The notes beneath the pieces were generated by a model. It did no database searches and had not been told where the DNA came from. It was given only the letters and a program-made list of their open reading frames with translations. Both the position numbers and the translations under genes were made by a program. This document shows, in pieces, positions 40,230-50,829 of a stretch of 64,000 bases of DNA. Each line of letters begins with the position of its first letter. Position 1 is the first letter of the stretch. Source of the DNA: Nitrosopumilaceae archaeon (GTDB lineage: Archaea; Thermoproteota; Nitrososphaeria; Nitrososphaerales; Nitrosopumilaceae); assembly GCA_965209085.1 (NCBI GenBank), contig OZ242376.1:128001-192000 (forward strand). Reading direction: 5' to 3'.

Positions 40230-40625
40230 ATGAATGCAAAAATTTCCTGCAGAGTAGAGGCAGACTGCCGCGTATACCCTTCAGAAAATAGAGAAAAAAT
40301 CCGTACGGCATTTGCTGAAATATTGCTAGAACCTAAAACAAAAATTGAAGGAAATACTGCAAGTGCTTTTTTTAATAATACCGAATGTCTTGAAAAAATA
40401 CGTACCGTAATTGAATCAAGAAAAAGTCAGAATTCATACAGAAAACGATTGATACGAAATACGCAAGAAAACAGATCATGGTTTTTACTTAACAAACAAG
40501 CAGCATACGCGGGAAAAATTGCATTGTGTGATGTGGATGATGATTCCCCATTAGGCGCGATCAGAATTACAATCGAATCCCCTGATCTTGAGGATTTGGT
40601 GGACTGGTTTGTCCCGTTTGTTTAA
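40230..40625 (+). CDS. DUF54-like putative RNA-binding protein
   Basis: PSENREKI, LNKQAAYAG, SPLGAI; start moved from 40167. Confidence 0.7.
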   Translation: MNAKISCRVEADCRVYPSENREKIRTAFAEILLEPKTKIEGNTASAFFNNTECLEKIRTVIESRKSQNSYRKRLIRNTQENRSWFLLNKQAAYAGKIALCDVDDDSPLGAIRITIESPDLEDLVDWFVPFV

Positions 40626-40693
40626 AAAATTCTAGTGAATGGGTTTGAATTTTTCAGTTTTGCTATAAATACTGCAGTCTAGAATGCAATCAT

Positions 40694-41008
40694 ATGTTTT
40701 TGAACGCAAAACTGCTAATCGCAGGAGTAATTCTGATTGGTGGGGTAGTGCTCTTGCTCCCACAGAACGGAGTCATGGCATGGATTGAATCCGGCTCCAT
40801 GGATATGGTTGCAGATGATATGACATCTGTCAACATGGCAGTATCCGACAAAATAATTTCAGGTGTTAATGGATTAAACCATTCCATGATTTATTCATCA
40901 GAACAGCTCGCTATGATAATAAACAATGCAGGAGAACACATACAGACCGTACTTGATAAAATTAACGGATTTGAAAACAATCTTGACAAAGTATTTTCTA
41001 GAGAATAA
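40694..41008 (+). CDS. Small exported/membrane hypothetical protein
   Basis: N-terminal hydrophobic helix. Confidence 0.55.
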   Translation: MFLNAKLLIAGVILIGGVVLLLPQNGVMAWIESGSMDMVADDMTSVNMAVSDKIISGVNGLNHSMIYSSEQLAMIINNAGEHIQTVLDKINGFENNLDKVFSRE

Positions 41009-41900
41009 ATTTAGACAAATCTTCTGCCATTAAAACCGATTCATGTATCTTTTTTGCTTCTTTTACCAGTTTTGTGGCGTCTGTATATCTAGAAGAGAAA
41101 TGTGTTAGTATCAGGGTCTTAACACCGGCGTTTTTTGCAAGTGTAGCAGCTTCTGCAGAGGTGGAATGCCCGGTTTTTTTTGCCCTCTCTTTGTGTTCAC
41201 TGCCAAAGGTTGAATCAAATACAAGATAGTCGCAATCCGCGAAAAATTTTTTCAGCATTACATTTGGTCTTGTATCGCCAGATATTCCGACCATTATCCC
41301 TTTTCTTGGATCTCCGGTCACCTCTGATGCAAGAACAGTTTTCCCTCCAACAGTCACATCCTGACCGTGCTGTAGTGCGTGCCAGTTTGCACCGCGTGGA
41401 ATTCCCAATTGTAGCGCTTTTTCCGGATAAAATTCTCCTAGTTTGTCGCATTCTTTGAACAGATATGCAAACGCCCTCACTCCGTGCTCTGAGCTGCATG
41501 CAACAACCGTGTATTCTTCTGTCTCTAATATCTGCCCGTTACCGGATATCTCAGAGATTGCAAGTGGAAATTTTGGAATGAATCCCAGCATCCTCATATT
41601 CTCAACCAAAAACTCTTCAAGTCCTGGAGGACCAAAAATTGTAACAAATTCATCCCTGCCCTGCAAGGACATGGTCTGCAATATGCCTAAAAGTCCCAGG
41701 CAGTGATCACCGTGCATATGTGTGATGAATATCCTAGTCTTTTTGTTCCACTTCAAACCTGCTTTTTGATACATGATCTGTGCACCTTCCCCTACATCAA
41801 AGATCAGCATTTCTGTTTCCGTGTTTAGGCATATACATGAGAGTCCTCTTTTTTGCGTTGGTCTAGCAGACGAGGTCCCCAAAAATACAAGTTCCATCAT
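40998..41900 (-). CDS. rnz: Ribonuclease Z
   Basis: FLGTSS, DVGEG, THMHGDH, SGDT, HST, LTHFSSRY. Confidence 0.95.
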   Translation of the reverse strand: MMELVFLGTSSARPTQKRGLSCICLNTETEMLIFDVGEGAQIMYQKAGLKWNKKTRIFITHMHGDHCLGLLGILQTMSLQGRDEFVTIFGPPGLEEFLVENMRMLGFIPKFPLAISEISGNGQILETEEYTVVACSSEHGVRAFAYLFKECDKLGEFYPEKALQLGIPRGANWHALQHGQDVTVGGKTVLASEVTGDPRKGIMVGISGDTRPNVMLKKFFADCDYLVFDSTFGSEHKERAKKTGHSTSAEAATLAKNAGVKTLILTHFSSRYTDATKLVKEAKKIHESVLMAEDLSKFIL

Positions 41901-42814
41901 AGCGCACGCGTATTTTTAATTTTACGTACTGGCCGATTTGATATTACTTGCGCTATTGCTTCTGAGACGTCTATTGAAGATTTGGAGCCTGGTATAGTAT
42001 TTGTACTTATTATTTTGGAGATTCCCGCTTTAATAATTTTTTTTTCTGCCCCATCCACCAAAAGCGCATGGGTACATGCAACTAGAATATTTTTACATCC
42101 TTTGCCGCGTAAAAATTTGGCAGCTTTTACTATGCTGGATCCTGTACTGATCATATCGTCCACCAAAACCACATCTCGATTGGAGACGGAGTTAAATTCG
42201 GATGTGGTTATACTGACTTTGCCCGTAATGCGGTTTCTCTTTTTGGCCAACGCATCACATTCTGCATTTAAAATTTTTGCAAATTCTAATGCTCTCTTTT
42301 TCCCGCCAGCGTCTGGGGATATAACCAGCGGATTTTTCAAGCGCATTTTTTTTACGTGCGTTGCAAGAGCCGGCACCGCGGAAACGTTTACTGCGCCACG
42401 GCCAAGTTTTTTGAGTGCATCCTTGCTGTGTATGTCGACTGTAACTATCCTGCATGCTCCGGCACCACGCAGCATGTCTGCTATGACCTTTACTGTTACA
42501 ATCTCACCCCGCAAAAATTCTTTGTCTTGTCTTGCATATCCCATATATGGGATCACGGCGGTAACTTCTGAAGCACTCTCTTTGGCCTTTGCAATCAGCA
42601 TGACTGCATGCAAAAGATGAGTATCCACCGGAGGATGTGTTGACTGAACCACGACTATTTTTCCTCTCACGCGCCCAAGATCGGCATTAATCTTTGATTC
42701 CCCGTCAGGAAATACCATCAAAGAGGATTCAACATACGATGCGTTCATCTTTGCGGCAAGATTTTTTGCAATCTGCACGGATGTGCTTCCGGCTAGAACC
42801 GTAATTTTTGCCAC
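41897..42814 (-). CDS. prs: Ribose-phosphate pyrophosphokinase
   Basis: FPDGE, PYMGYARQD, SPDAGG, VDDMISTGSS. Confidence 0.95.
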   Translation of the reverse strand: MAKITVLAGSTSVQIAKNLAAKMNASYVESSLMVFPDGESKINADLGRVRGKIVVVQSTHPPVDTHLLHAVMLIAKAKESASEVTAVIPYMGYARQDKEFLRGEIVTVKVIADMLRGAGACRIVTVDIHSKDALKKLGRGAVNVSAVPALATHVKKMRLKNPLVISPDAGGKKRALEFAKILNAECDALAKKRNRITGKVSITTSEFNSVSNRDVVLVDDMISTGSSIVKAAKFLRGKGCKNILVACTHALLVDGAEKKIIKAGISKIISTNTIPGSKSSIDVSEAIAQVISNRPVRKIKNTRAL

Positions 42815-42848
42815 AACTGTCTGCAGTCTAGGACTGTCTTAAATCTGT

Positions 42849-44576
42849 CTAGTCTTCTGATCCGCTGTATCCGGGCGAACCGGTACCGAATTCGTCGACC
42901 AGCTGGTTGCGTTCGGATTCTAGACGTCCAATCTCTTCTGCCTCTCTTTTTTCATCGCCCTGATAGACTGTTCGAATGGGCCACGGTATTCGTATGTCGT
43001 ATTTTTTAAATTCCTCGTACATTATAATTCGCATGTCGCTCTTTACTTTGAACTGCGCTCCGTAATTCCAAACATACAGTAAAATAGAAAAATCAAGTGC
43101 CGAATCGTTGAATTTGTTGAATCTAATTAGCGGCTGCTCTAGTTCAACATGTATATTTTTGTCACAACCGCAGCTGGGCTTGTTCTCATCAAGATACGGA
43201 CACCGTTTTTGTCTTATCATATGGTTGTTTTTTGAATCCCGTATCTCCAGCATCGCACGCTTGCCAACCTTTGTAAGAATGGCTGAAACCTGTCTTGGAT
43301 TGTTCAAATATGAAACGCCCACCTGTACCACTGCAGGAACAATGGCAACTTCCTTTGAATAACTGGTAATCTGTCCGCTTACAAGCTGCCTTGTGGGTAT
43401 TATTGCATATGATTCGTTGAGACCGTCGCGTATGTATGTGACTCTAGATGTGATCTTGTGTACATATCCGTTGTATCCGCTCTCTAAAGAGACCCTTTCA
43501 CCTTCGGATATTATATTCTCCTTGCGGATCATAATATATGCAAACCAGTTTTGCATAGTCTCCTGAAGGGCAAATCCAATTCCTACTGCCAGTCCTCCGG
43601 TGGCCGTGGCAAGTACCCACAGATCTATACCCCACCAGCTTAATATCCCAAGGCAAACTGCCGCAAATATTACAATCGGAATCATCTGCGTGGCTGATTT
43701 TGGAATATCTTTTTTCTTTTTCTTGCCATATCCGGAAGGTTTTGATCCCGCTACGATTATTTCAAATCCGTACAGTCTTCTCATTTCACGCCATGTATCT
43801 ATTGGATAAATTTCCTCCATGTCCTGGCCCAGTTTTAGTTTTCTACCAACGTTGTTGTTACCGCTTGTGCATGATTCGTAATATGCGGCATACTTTACAC
43901 GCTGTTGTATTCTCCAAACTTTGTATGGATGTTTTACCAGCTTTTCGTAGGTTCCTATACTTGCATCTTTTGAAGTGCGATAAGCTTCCAAATACTTCCG
44001 GCCTTTCTCGGTAGAAAGATACTTGTCAAATTCATCTTTACTCAGATCTTTTGGAGGATTTTTTGGAGCTATCCATTTAAAAACCGTATGAAAAAGATCT
44101 TTTTGATCGTCAACAAATCCTCCCGTAGATATCCACGAGTTATAGTCGGCTTTTTCAAGAATCATGGTTTCTCGTTTTGTAAGTATGACGGGAATTATGT
44201 GCGCTATGGTGTATCCAATTACGAGTATGTTCATCGTGTCCAAAACCATTGGAAACGTTTTTTCCGCACCGCCTGTGGCACTGCCAAAGAGATCCACCGT
44301 ATGCACGTATACGTTAATGGATGAGACTAGTGCTATCGCAAAGAGCGGAAGCACTGCAACCCGAATGAATCTGGATATGTGCGGACGAAAATATCTGAAT
44401 TTTTGTGCGCGTATCCATTTGGAAAAAGCCCTGTATCCTATAACAATGGAAATAATCCCAGCAATCAAAACGGTAAACGCTATTTGCAGTTCTATTGATG
44501 TTGCCAATAAATTGCCCACCGTCTGAAATTCCCCTGCCTGTGATGAGACAGTTTCCACTAGATCATTATCGGCCAT
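42849..44576 (-). CDS. MscS-family mechanosensitive channel with large inserted soluble region
   Basis: GLAVGIGFALQETMQN, VGVSY, FNDSALDF, IRIPWP. Confidence 0.88.
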   Translation of the reverse strand: MADNDLVETVSSQAGEFQTVGNLLATSIELQIAFTVLIAGIISIVIGYRAFSKWIRAQKFRYFRPHISRFIRVAVLPLFAIALVSSINVYVHTVDLFGSATGGAEKTFPMVLDTMNILVIGYTIAHIIPVILTKRETMILEKADYNSWISTGGFVDDQKDLFHTVFKWIAPKNPPKDLSKDEFDKYLSTEKGRKYLEAYRTSKDASIGTYEKLVKHPYKVWRIQQRVKYAAYYESCTSGNNNVGRKLKLGQDMEEIYPIDTWREMRRLYGFEIIVAGSKPSGYGKKKKKDIPKSATQMIPIVIFAAVCLGILSWWGIDLWVLATATGGLAVGIGFALQETMQNWFAYIMIRKENIISEGERVSLESGYNGYVHKITSRVTYIRDGLNESYAIIPTRQLVSGQITSYSKEVAIVPAVVQVGVSYLNNPRQVSAILTKVGKRAMLEIRDSKNNHMIRQKRCPYLDENKPSCGCDKNIHVELEQPLIRFNKFNDSALDFSILLYVWNYGAQFKVKSDMRIIMYEEFKKYDIRIPWPIRTVYQGDEKREAEEIGRLESERNQLVDEFGTGSPGYSGSED

Positions 44577-44674
44577 TATTGAACTCCCATTTTGTCTAAC
44601 AATACGCCAAAATCATACTTTAAGTATATAAATAAAACATTAGATTAAACATGGGGTAAAACCGACTTTACTAA

Positions 44675-46027
44675 TTGTCCAATCTTGAAAGTAAACGGAT
44701 CAGTCTGTCACGTCCAAAAATCATGCAGTATACGGCAGAAAACTTTCAAAGGCTTGATCAGATGGAGAATTTCAGCGATGAGGAGATTTTTAACATGCAA
44801 GTTGTCTCCAAAGTTCTGCCATTTAAAACAAATAATTATGTTGTAGAGTATCTTATCGACTGGAACAACGTTCCAAACGATCCCATGTTTGTCCTGACAT
44901 TTCCTCAAAAAAATATGCTCATAAAGAAACATTTTGATATTATTGCCAATCTGATAAAAGGCGGCGCTAAAAAACAAGAACTGGATAATGCTACAAACAA
45001 AATTAGATTGGAATTAAACCCGCATCCGGCAGGCCAGATGGAACTGAATATTCCAACCCTCAAAGACGGTACAAAGCTGTACGGAATGCAGCACAAGTAC
45101 AAAGAAACATGTCTTTTCTTTCCAAGTCAGAGCCAGACGTGCCATGCATACTGTAGTTTCTGTTTTAGATGGCCGCAGTTTGTGGGCATGGATGATATGA
45201 AATTTGCTTCAAAAGAAACCGACAGCCTTGTACAGTATATTTTGGAGCATCCTGAAATAACGGACATACTGTTTACAGGAGGCGATCCGATGATAATGAA
45301 AGGAGAGATGTTCCGTACATACGTTGACAAGCTGCTGAATGCGGATCTGCCAAACCTCAAAACCATACGAATCGGTACAAAAATGCTTTCATATTGGCCG
45401 CACAAAGTTCTAACCGACAACGACGCTGATGTAACGCTGGAAACTTTTGAATCAATTACAAAAAGCGGATTACATCTTTCTGTTATGGCCCACTTTAACC
45501 ATTATGTGGAAATGCAAACACAGGCAACCCGCAAGGCCATTAAAAAAATACGTTCCACTGGAGCACAGATAAGAACACAGTCGCCCCTGCTTGCACACAT
45601 AAACGATGATGCACAAGTGTGGAAAAAAATGTGGACGGATCAGGTAAACCTTGGATGCATTCCATACTATATGTTCATGGTAAGGGATACGGGTGCACAG
45701 CACTACTTTGGAGTTCCGCTGGTAAAATCATACCAAATATTCAAAGAGGCATACTCACAGGTCAGCGGACTGGCAAGAACCGTGCGTGGTCCAAGCATGT
45801 CTGCAACTCCTGGCAAAGTGCAGATAGACGGAATAGTGCAGGTAAACGGCCAAAAAGCCATGTCAATGAAATTCCTACAGGCACGCAACCCTGATTGGGC
45901 GTGCAGGACGTTCCTTGCCAAATATGACGAGAATGCCGTGTGGCTTGACGATCTAAAACCCGCATTTGGAGGGGAAAAATTCTTTTTTGAAAACGATCTG
46001 GCACTTACCGCTTCGCGCCGTAATTAA
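44675..46027 (+). CDS. KamA-family radical SAM aminomutase
   Basis: QHKY, CHAYCSFCFR, LFTGGDP, IRIGTK, HFNH, PYYMF. Confidence 0.85.
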   Translation: MSNLESKRISLSRPKIMQYTAENFQRLDQMENFSDEEIFNMQVVSKVLPFKTNNYVVEYLIDWNNVPNDPMFVLTFPQKNMLIKKHFDIIANLIKGGAKKQELDNATNKIRLELNPHPAGQMELNIPTLKDGTKLYGMQHKYKETCLFFPSQSQTCHAYCSFCFRWPQFVGMDDMKFASKETDSLVQYILEHPEITDILFTGGDPMIMKGEMFRTYVDKLLNADLPNLKTIRIGTKMLSYWPHKVLTDNDADVTLETFESITKSGLHLSVMAHFNHYVEMQTQATRKAIKKIRSTGAQIRTQSPLLAHINDDAQVWKKMWTDQVNLGCIPYYMFMVRDTGAQHYFGVPLVKSYQIFKEAYSQVSGLARTVRGPSMSATPGKVQIDGIVQVNGQKAMSMKFLQARNPDWACRTFLAKYDENAVWLDDLKPAFGGEKFFFENDLALTASRRN

Positions 46028-46047
46028 TTAAAAAATACGCTTAAAAT

Positions 46048-47043
46048 TTACAGCCAGTGCGGCGTCTGCAGATAATCCCCTATTTGTTCTCCTCGCAAAA
46101 CCCGCAGCATGGCCAGCGCTTGCGGTGTGGAAAGAACCGGCATGTCAAATTCGTTATCGGTCGCTATGCGGGGGCATGCAACCTGTACAAACGCGTCTAT
46201 TCCGCGCAAATTATGCAGTCTCTCGTTGTTGATGTCCGTCATGGCAAACAGCTGGACGGATTTACCGCACTCTTCCAACTCTTTTTTAAATTTCAAAGCC
46301 GTGGTCTTTGAAAGCTGTCCTTCTTTTAGACCCACAATTACTCCAAATGTTTGCGCATCGGCGGCAGCATATATGGCAAGTGTGGCTTTTTTCTGTATTT
46401 TTTGCGCAATCTTTGTTACCTCGCGCACTTCGTTAAAGTACGGATCAAGAACATACGTGGCAAGTCCGGTTGCAAGCGCAAGTCCGGCCGCATGAAAATC
46501 ACTCTGGCCAAGAAAGACGTTTGCATCTGCCTTTTGCGCCGCATCTTTTGCGGGATAAAACTCACACCCAAAAACCTGTCCGTCATTGAGCTGCCCTTTT
46601 CCTCTGCCTACCTTTACGTGCACTCCGCCTTTTTCCAGTATGTTGCGTACCTGATCTATCTTGTGCAGATGCTGGCTGTCCGTTACAAGCGATACTGTTT
46701 TTTCACAAAACATTTCTGCCGCTTTTCCCGCAATTTTTTCAAATGAGATATCATCAAAAGCGTCAATCATTACCACCTGTTTGTCCCACATTGGAACGCC
46801 TATCGTATGCCCCACATTGAACAAAACATCCGCCCCCAAAACCTGCGCTCCGTTGGAATTAAGATCGCATGAACCCCATGTGGTATCGGCTAGCACGTAC
46901 GCGGGAATTCCAAATTTCTTGGTTATGTTGGATGCGGCAGTCTGCACCGCCGGCAGTATGCCGTCCGGACCGTTGATTGCAACAGATACCGGTTTTCTCT
47001 CCCGAATTGCCTTAAAGATTGATTCCTCGTCTATTACTATCAC
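46048..47043 (-). CDS. dph2: Diphthamide biosynthesis enzyme Dph2
   Basis: WGSCD, GQVFGC, KEGQ, ACPRI; start GTG 47043. Confidence 0.92.
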   Translation of the reverse strand: MIVIDEESIFKAIRERKPVSVAINGPDGILPAVQTAASNITKKFGIPAYVLADTTWGSCDLNSNGAQVLGADVLFNVGHTIGVPMWDKQVVMIDAFDDISFEKIAGKAAEMFCEKTVSLVTDSQHLHKIDQVRNILEKGGVHVKVGRGKGQLNDGQVFGCEFYPAKDAAQKADANVFLGQSDFHAAGLALATGLATYVLDPYFNEVREVTKIAQKIQKKATLAIYAAADAQTFGVIVGLKEGQLSKTTALKFKKELEECGKSVQLFAMTDINNERLHNLRGIDAFVQVACPRIATDNEFDMPVLSTPQALAMLRVLRGEQIGDYLQTPHWL

Positions 47044-47115
47044 GCACGTTTTGCGCACTCTTACCCACTTAATCCTTGGGCAAACCAAAAATGTGCAGCA
47101 GACTTGCATCCATGT

Positions 47116-48432
47116 ATGACTGCAACCGTACTCTCCGTGGGAATTGATGACACCGATTCGCCTCTGGGAATGTGCACCACGTATCTTGGCTTCAAGATAG
47201 TGGGAGGGCTCAAAAAAAGAGGGGTGAAATTTTCCTCGTATCCGCGTTTGGTGCGCTTTAATCCGAATATTCCATGGAAGACGCGCGGCAACGGCGCTGT
47301 GGGCTTGAAATTTCTCACAGACGATGCCAAAGGGGACATTGAATACATCACGCGCATGGTGGAAAAAAATGCGGACGTAAAAAACGGCGCAAACCCTGCT
47401 GCCGTATTCTGTACGGGAACAATTCCAGAATCGGTGAAACATCTTGGCAATCTTGCCATGTGGAAGCTTGTAAAACGCGCTGCTGCAAAAAACCTTGTAC
47501 GCGGGGAAAAACTGGAATCATTTCACATGGGAAACGGCCAGGGTCTGATCGGAGCTGCCGGTGTCATTGGATATGATTTTGGATCCGACAGCACTTTGGA
47601 GATGCTAAGTTATAGAAAACCGTCCATGTTTGGACTCAAACGACACATCGACAAAGATAGAGTGCAGCGTATGCAGCAAAAAACCGCCCCCGATACATTC
47701 AGCAGCTATGATGATGCACGCGATCACGTTATGATATCCCCGCGCGGTCCGGATCCTGTTCTGTACGGAATACGCGGCGAGAATGCCCGCTCTATAATTG
47801 CCGCATCATCCATGGTAAAAACCGGAGAAAAATCCGCTGGATATATGATCTTTCAATCAAACCAGGGAACGGCAAGGCATCTTGACCACAAACTTGATGC
47901 CTCATCATTGGAACCGTACATGGCCGGAACAATCTCCGGTTCCGTATGCAAAACCCCGCAAACACTGCGCGGCGGTCATATAATATTTGAAGTTGAGACG
48001 GCAAACGGTTCTGTACAGTGCGCCGTATACAAAGAATCCGGCATGGGGGGAGCAATCTGCCATCTTGCGGCAGGCGATGAGGTTACGGTGGGCGGTGGCG
48101 TACGCCCCGCATCCAAATCTAGACCCCGCTCCCTAAACGCGGAATTTATCCGTGTGCGGCACCTGAAAACCGTATACAAAAAGATCAACCCGCAATGTCC
48201 GCACTGCCGTAAAAACATGAAGTCAAAGGGATCCGGGCAGCATTTTGAGTGCGTCAAATGCGGACGCCATGCGGCATCAAAAAAGACGGTTCAGGTTGCA
48301 CGCGCACTGCACGTTGGATCATACCTGCCGGCCGTATCCGCACAGCGGCATTTGACGCGTCCGGCACAGCGTGAAAAACGCGCCAACACTCCAATCTTTG
48401 CAGGATCATCTCGGTGGTTTTGTGAATTTTAA
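47116..48432 (+). CDS. tiaS: tRNA(Ile2) agmatidine synthetase
   Basis: GIDDTDS..GMCTT, NPNIPWKTRGNG, PDPVLYGIRG, SNQGT, Zn ribbon, RHLTRP. Confidence 0.95.
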   Translation: MTATVLSVGIDDTDSPLGMCTTYLGFKIVGGLKKRGVKFSSYPRLVRFNPNIPWKTRGNGAVGLKFLTDDAKGDIEYITRMVEKNADVKNGANPAAVFCTGTIPESVKHLGNLAMWKLVKRAAAKNLVRGEKLESFHMGNGQGLIGAAGVIGYDFGSDSTLEMLSYRKPSMFGLKRHIDKDRVQRMQQKTAPDTFSSYDDARDHVMISPRGPDPVLYGIRGENARSIIAASSMVKTGEKSAGYMIFQSNQGTARHLDHKLDASSLEPYMAGTISGSVCKTPQTLRGGHIIFEVETANGSVQCAVYKESGMGGAICHLAAGDEVTVGGGVRPASKSRPRSLNAEFIRVRHLKTVYKKINPQCPHCRKNMKSKGSGQHFECVKCGRHAASKKTVQVARALHVGSYLPAVSAQRHLTRPAQREKRANTPIFAGSSRWFCEF

Positions 48433-48435
48433 AAG

Positions 48436-48542
48436 TAGCGGGGAGTAGATTTGAACTACTGATTTGCGGGTTTCCCATCATTGATAGGTTATGAGCCCGC
48501 CGGGATGACTTTGCCCGGATGGTCTGACTTCCCCACCCCGCT
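48436..48542 (-). tRNA. tRNA-Met (initiator, CAT) with anticodon-loop intron and a second D-arm insertion
   Basis: AGCGGGG/CCCCGCT acceptor (A1-U72), GCGGG-CTCATAA-CCCGC anticodon arm interrupted by 18 nt, TTCAAAT T-loop; 107 nt total. Confidence 0.9.
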
Positions 48543-48585
48543 GAAAGTGTGGGGCATCGGGCTGTGTATAAGCTTTTTTCCCCGT

Positions 48586-48972
48586 TTACTCAAACGTCAC
48601 AAAAGGACTACTTTTGGTGTCCACAGATACTGTAAGACCGTCTCTGAGAGATTTGAACTCGTTTTCGTCTGCCACAAGCAGCGGTATGTTGGCCATTGCG
48701 CATCCTGACGCCACCATTAAATCCGCTTTTTGACATATCATTGCCGCAGGCGCAGCATCATTTGATTTTAGCGCATATATCGTGTACGCTCCAACGCTGC
48801 TTCCAATCCCATATGGAAAAGCAAGTATTGAACCAGAAAGGGTTTTGCCAAAGAGATCGTGTCCCTCATCGCGTATGCGCCCCGTCTCTTTTTCCACCGC
48901 CCCAAGAAAGTTTATCGGATTTTGCGCCCTCGTTATTTCCCCCCTAGCGCATCCTGTCACTATAATTTTCAT
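48586..48972 (-). CDS. AcnX small subunit (DUF126; phosphomevalonate dehydratase small subunit)
   Basis: INFLGAV..TG, ILAFPYGIGSSVG, APAAM. Confidence 0.88.
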   Translation of the reverse strand: MKIIVTGCARGEITRAQNPINFLGAVEKETGRIRDEGHDLFGKTLSGSILAFPYGIGSSVGAYTIYALKSNDAAPAAMICQKADLMVASGCAMANIPLLVADENEFKSLRDGLTVSVDTKSSPFVTFE

Positions 48973-48973
48973 T

Positions 48974-50131
48974 TTATAGCGTCTCCTCGTTTACAATATC
49001 CGAGAGTGATTTCAAATTAACCTGCACTCCTGTGGAGTTTTTCAGATAATATGCGCCTTTTATGCTGTTGGTGGTAACAGCATCCACTTTGTTTTTGTCA
49101 ACAAGGGGTGTAAGACACGTACAACAATCAACAAGTATCCTAGCGCCGGATGCCTCTATGCCTGCAGTATGTCCCAGACTGCGCGCCTTATCACGAATTT
49201 TTCTTGGGGCAAACACCGTGCACGGTTTTTTAAACGACCTGCCCTTTAGCATCGCAGAGAGTCGCACGATCTCCTCCAACCCAAGCTGCGGACTTCCAAG
49301 GGTTATGATATCGCCCCGCTCTGCAGTTGAGAGCTCGTCTTTTATCCCATCCATCTCTTCTTTACCAAAGTCAATCTTTTCGGATTCTGATCCGCCATCG
49401 CCCATGATGAATTTACTGCACGTTCCCGAAGTTCCCATCCCGCCGCAGATTGCCTTACATTGGAGACGGTCCGGACTGCCGGGACATGAGAGTGCAACAG
49501 GTGCCGATGTGCCGGTTTTACCTGCAAAGTATCCAAGCATCCCGTATGCAAGCTCGTCCGGTTCCTCCACCTTTAGACGCAGTGTTATCTCCGGTTTTTG
49601 ATTTGCCGTATTCTCCGAGTACGTACTCTTGCCTGTAATGGCGCTGGCAAGGGCGCTAAAGGCGCTCTCCTTGTTGGTCTGCAGGTTTGCAACAGAGTTT
49701 GCAAATATTGCCGCATTGCTCTCGGCAAACGCCACCCTGGTGTTCTCCTTTGGCATGTCAAAAATATCGTATGGAACGCATGAAAACGTCGGGATCACAC
49801 CCATCCGCAGATAGGATTCCCTTATGCTCTCCTGTTTTTGCATAAATTTTTCATCAAGATCGTATTCTGAAACGCTGTCAATGTCGTATCCCATGGGATT
49901 TACAGTTGTCTTGATCTTTACGCGCGCCTCTGCACTAATTTCCGAGAGAAATTTCTCGCCTGCGTCTCCGATTGTATTGTAATTGACACCGGAAAGATGC
50001 GCCCAGCTGACAGATTCGAGCCTGTCTGCGTCAGTTGCCTCCCCGGTGGCTACCAAAATCTTGTATGCAAGCTGCAACGCGTATCCTTCCTCGCCGGCAA
50101 GCGCCGCCTCTTCCTGTCGGGAGAGCTGCAT
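48974..50131 (-). CDS. AcnX large subunit (DUF521; phosphomevalonate dehydratase large subunit)
   Basis: AHLSGVNY, TFSCVPY, AESNA, LGSPQ, DCC, TNSIKG; start moved from 50173. Confidence 0.88.
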   Translation of the reverse strand: MQLSRQEEAALAGEEGYALQLAYKILVATGEATDADRLESVSWAHLSGVNYNTIGDAGEKFLSEISAEARVKIKTTVNPMGYDIDSVSEYDLDEKFMQKQESIRESYLRMGVIPTFSCVPYDIFDMPKENTRVAFAESNAAIFANSVANLQTNKESAFSALASAITGKSTYSENTANQKPEITLRLKVEEPDELAYGMLGYFAGKTGTSAPVALSCPGSPDRLQCKAICGGMGTSGTCSKFIMGDGGSESEKIDFGKEEMDGIKDELSTAERGDIITLGSPQLGLEEIVRLSAMLKGRSFKKPCTVFAPRKIRDKARSLGHTAGIEASGARILVDCCTCLTPLVDKNKVDAVTTNSIKGAYYLKNSTGVQVNLKSLSDIVNEETL

Positions 50132-50198
50132 GATGAATATGCCAACAACTGATATAATACTTGTATGCTGCACGTATAGTGCGCCGACTGCTTGATGG

Positions 50199-50829
50199 CA
50201 TGAGTAAAACCATGAATGCCGTCCAACCCCCGAGAATGACGGCTTTGCGTCAGCTGCATGATGCGGAGACTGGCGGACCGTTTAGCATTCTAATCGGAAC
50301 CATTCTCTCAGCAAGAACCCGGGATGAGAATACTGCCAAAGTGGCCAAAAAACTGTTTGCCGTTTATAAAAATGCCAAAGAACTTTCGGGCGCGCGCATA
50401 CGCGATGTTGAACGCATCATAAAACCAATAGGATTCTATCATGTAAAGGCGCAGCGCATAATACAGGTGGCGGGCATAATTCATTCCGAATACGGCGGCA
50501 AGGTTCCAAAAGATCTTCCCTCTTTGATAAAACTGCCTGGAGTCGGCCGTAAAACCGCAAACTGCGTCCTAGTATACGCGTACGAAAAACCCGCCATACC
50601 TGTGGACATACACGTACACCGCATATCAAACAGGCTAGGACTTGTTGATACAAAAACTCCCGAAGAGACCGAATTTGCCCTGATGAAAAAAATACCAAAA
50701 AAATTCTGGCTAGAGATAAACGATACGTTTGTCATGTACGGCCAAAACATATGCAAACCCGTATCCCCAATGTGCGACGTATGCGGCATAAGAGGCGGCT
50801 GCAAATACTATAAACAAAATTCAAACTAG
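50199..50829 (+). CDS. nth: Endonuclease III
   Basis: LIGTILSARTRD, LPGVGRKTAN, VDIHVHRI, CKPVSPMCDVCGIRGGC; start approximate. Confidence 0.93.

Noticed and set aside
47044-47442. Long N-terminal extension of the Dph2 ORF overlapping tiaS
   Set aside because: Homology starts at VIVIDE (47043); the extension is the antisense of tiaS
48481-48708. 75-aa plus-strand ORF
   Set aside because: Overlaps the tRNA and the AcnX small subunit on the opposite strand
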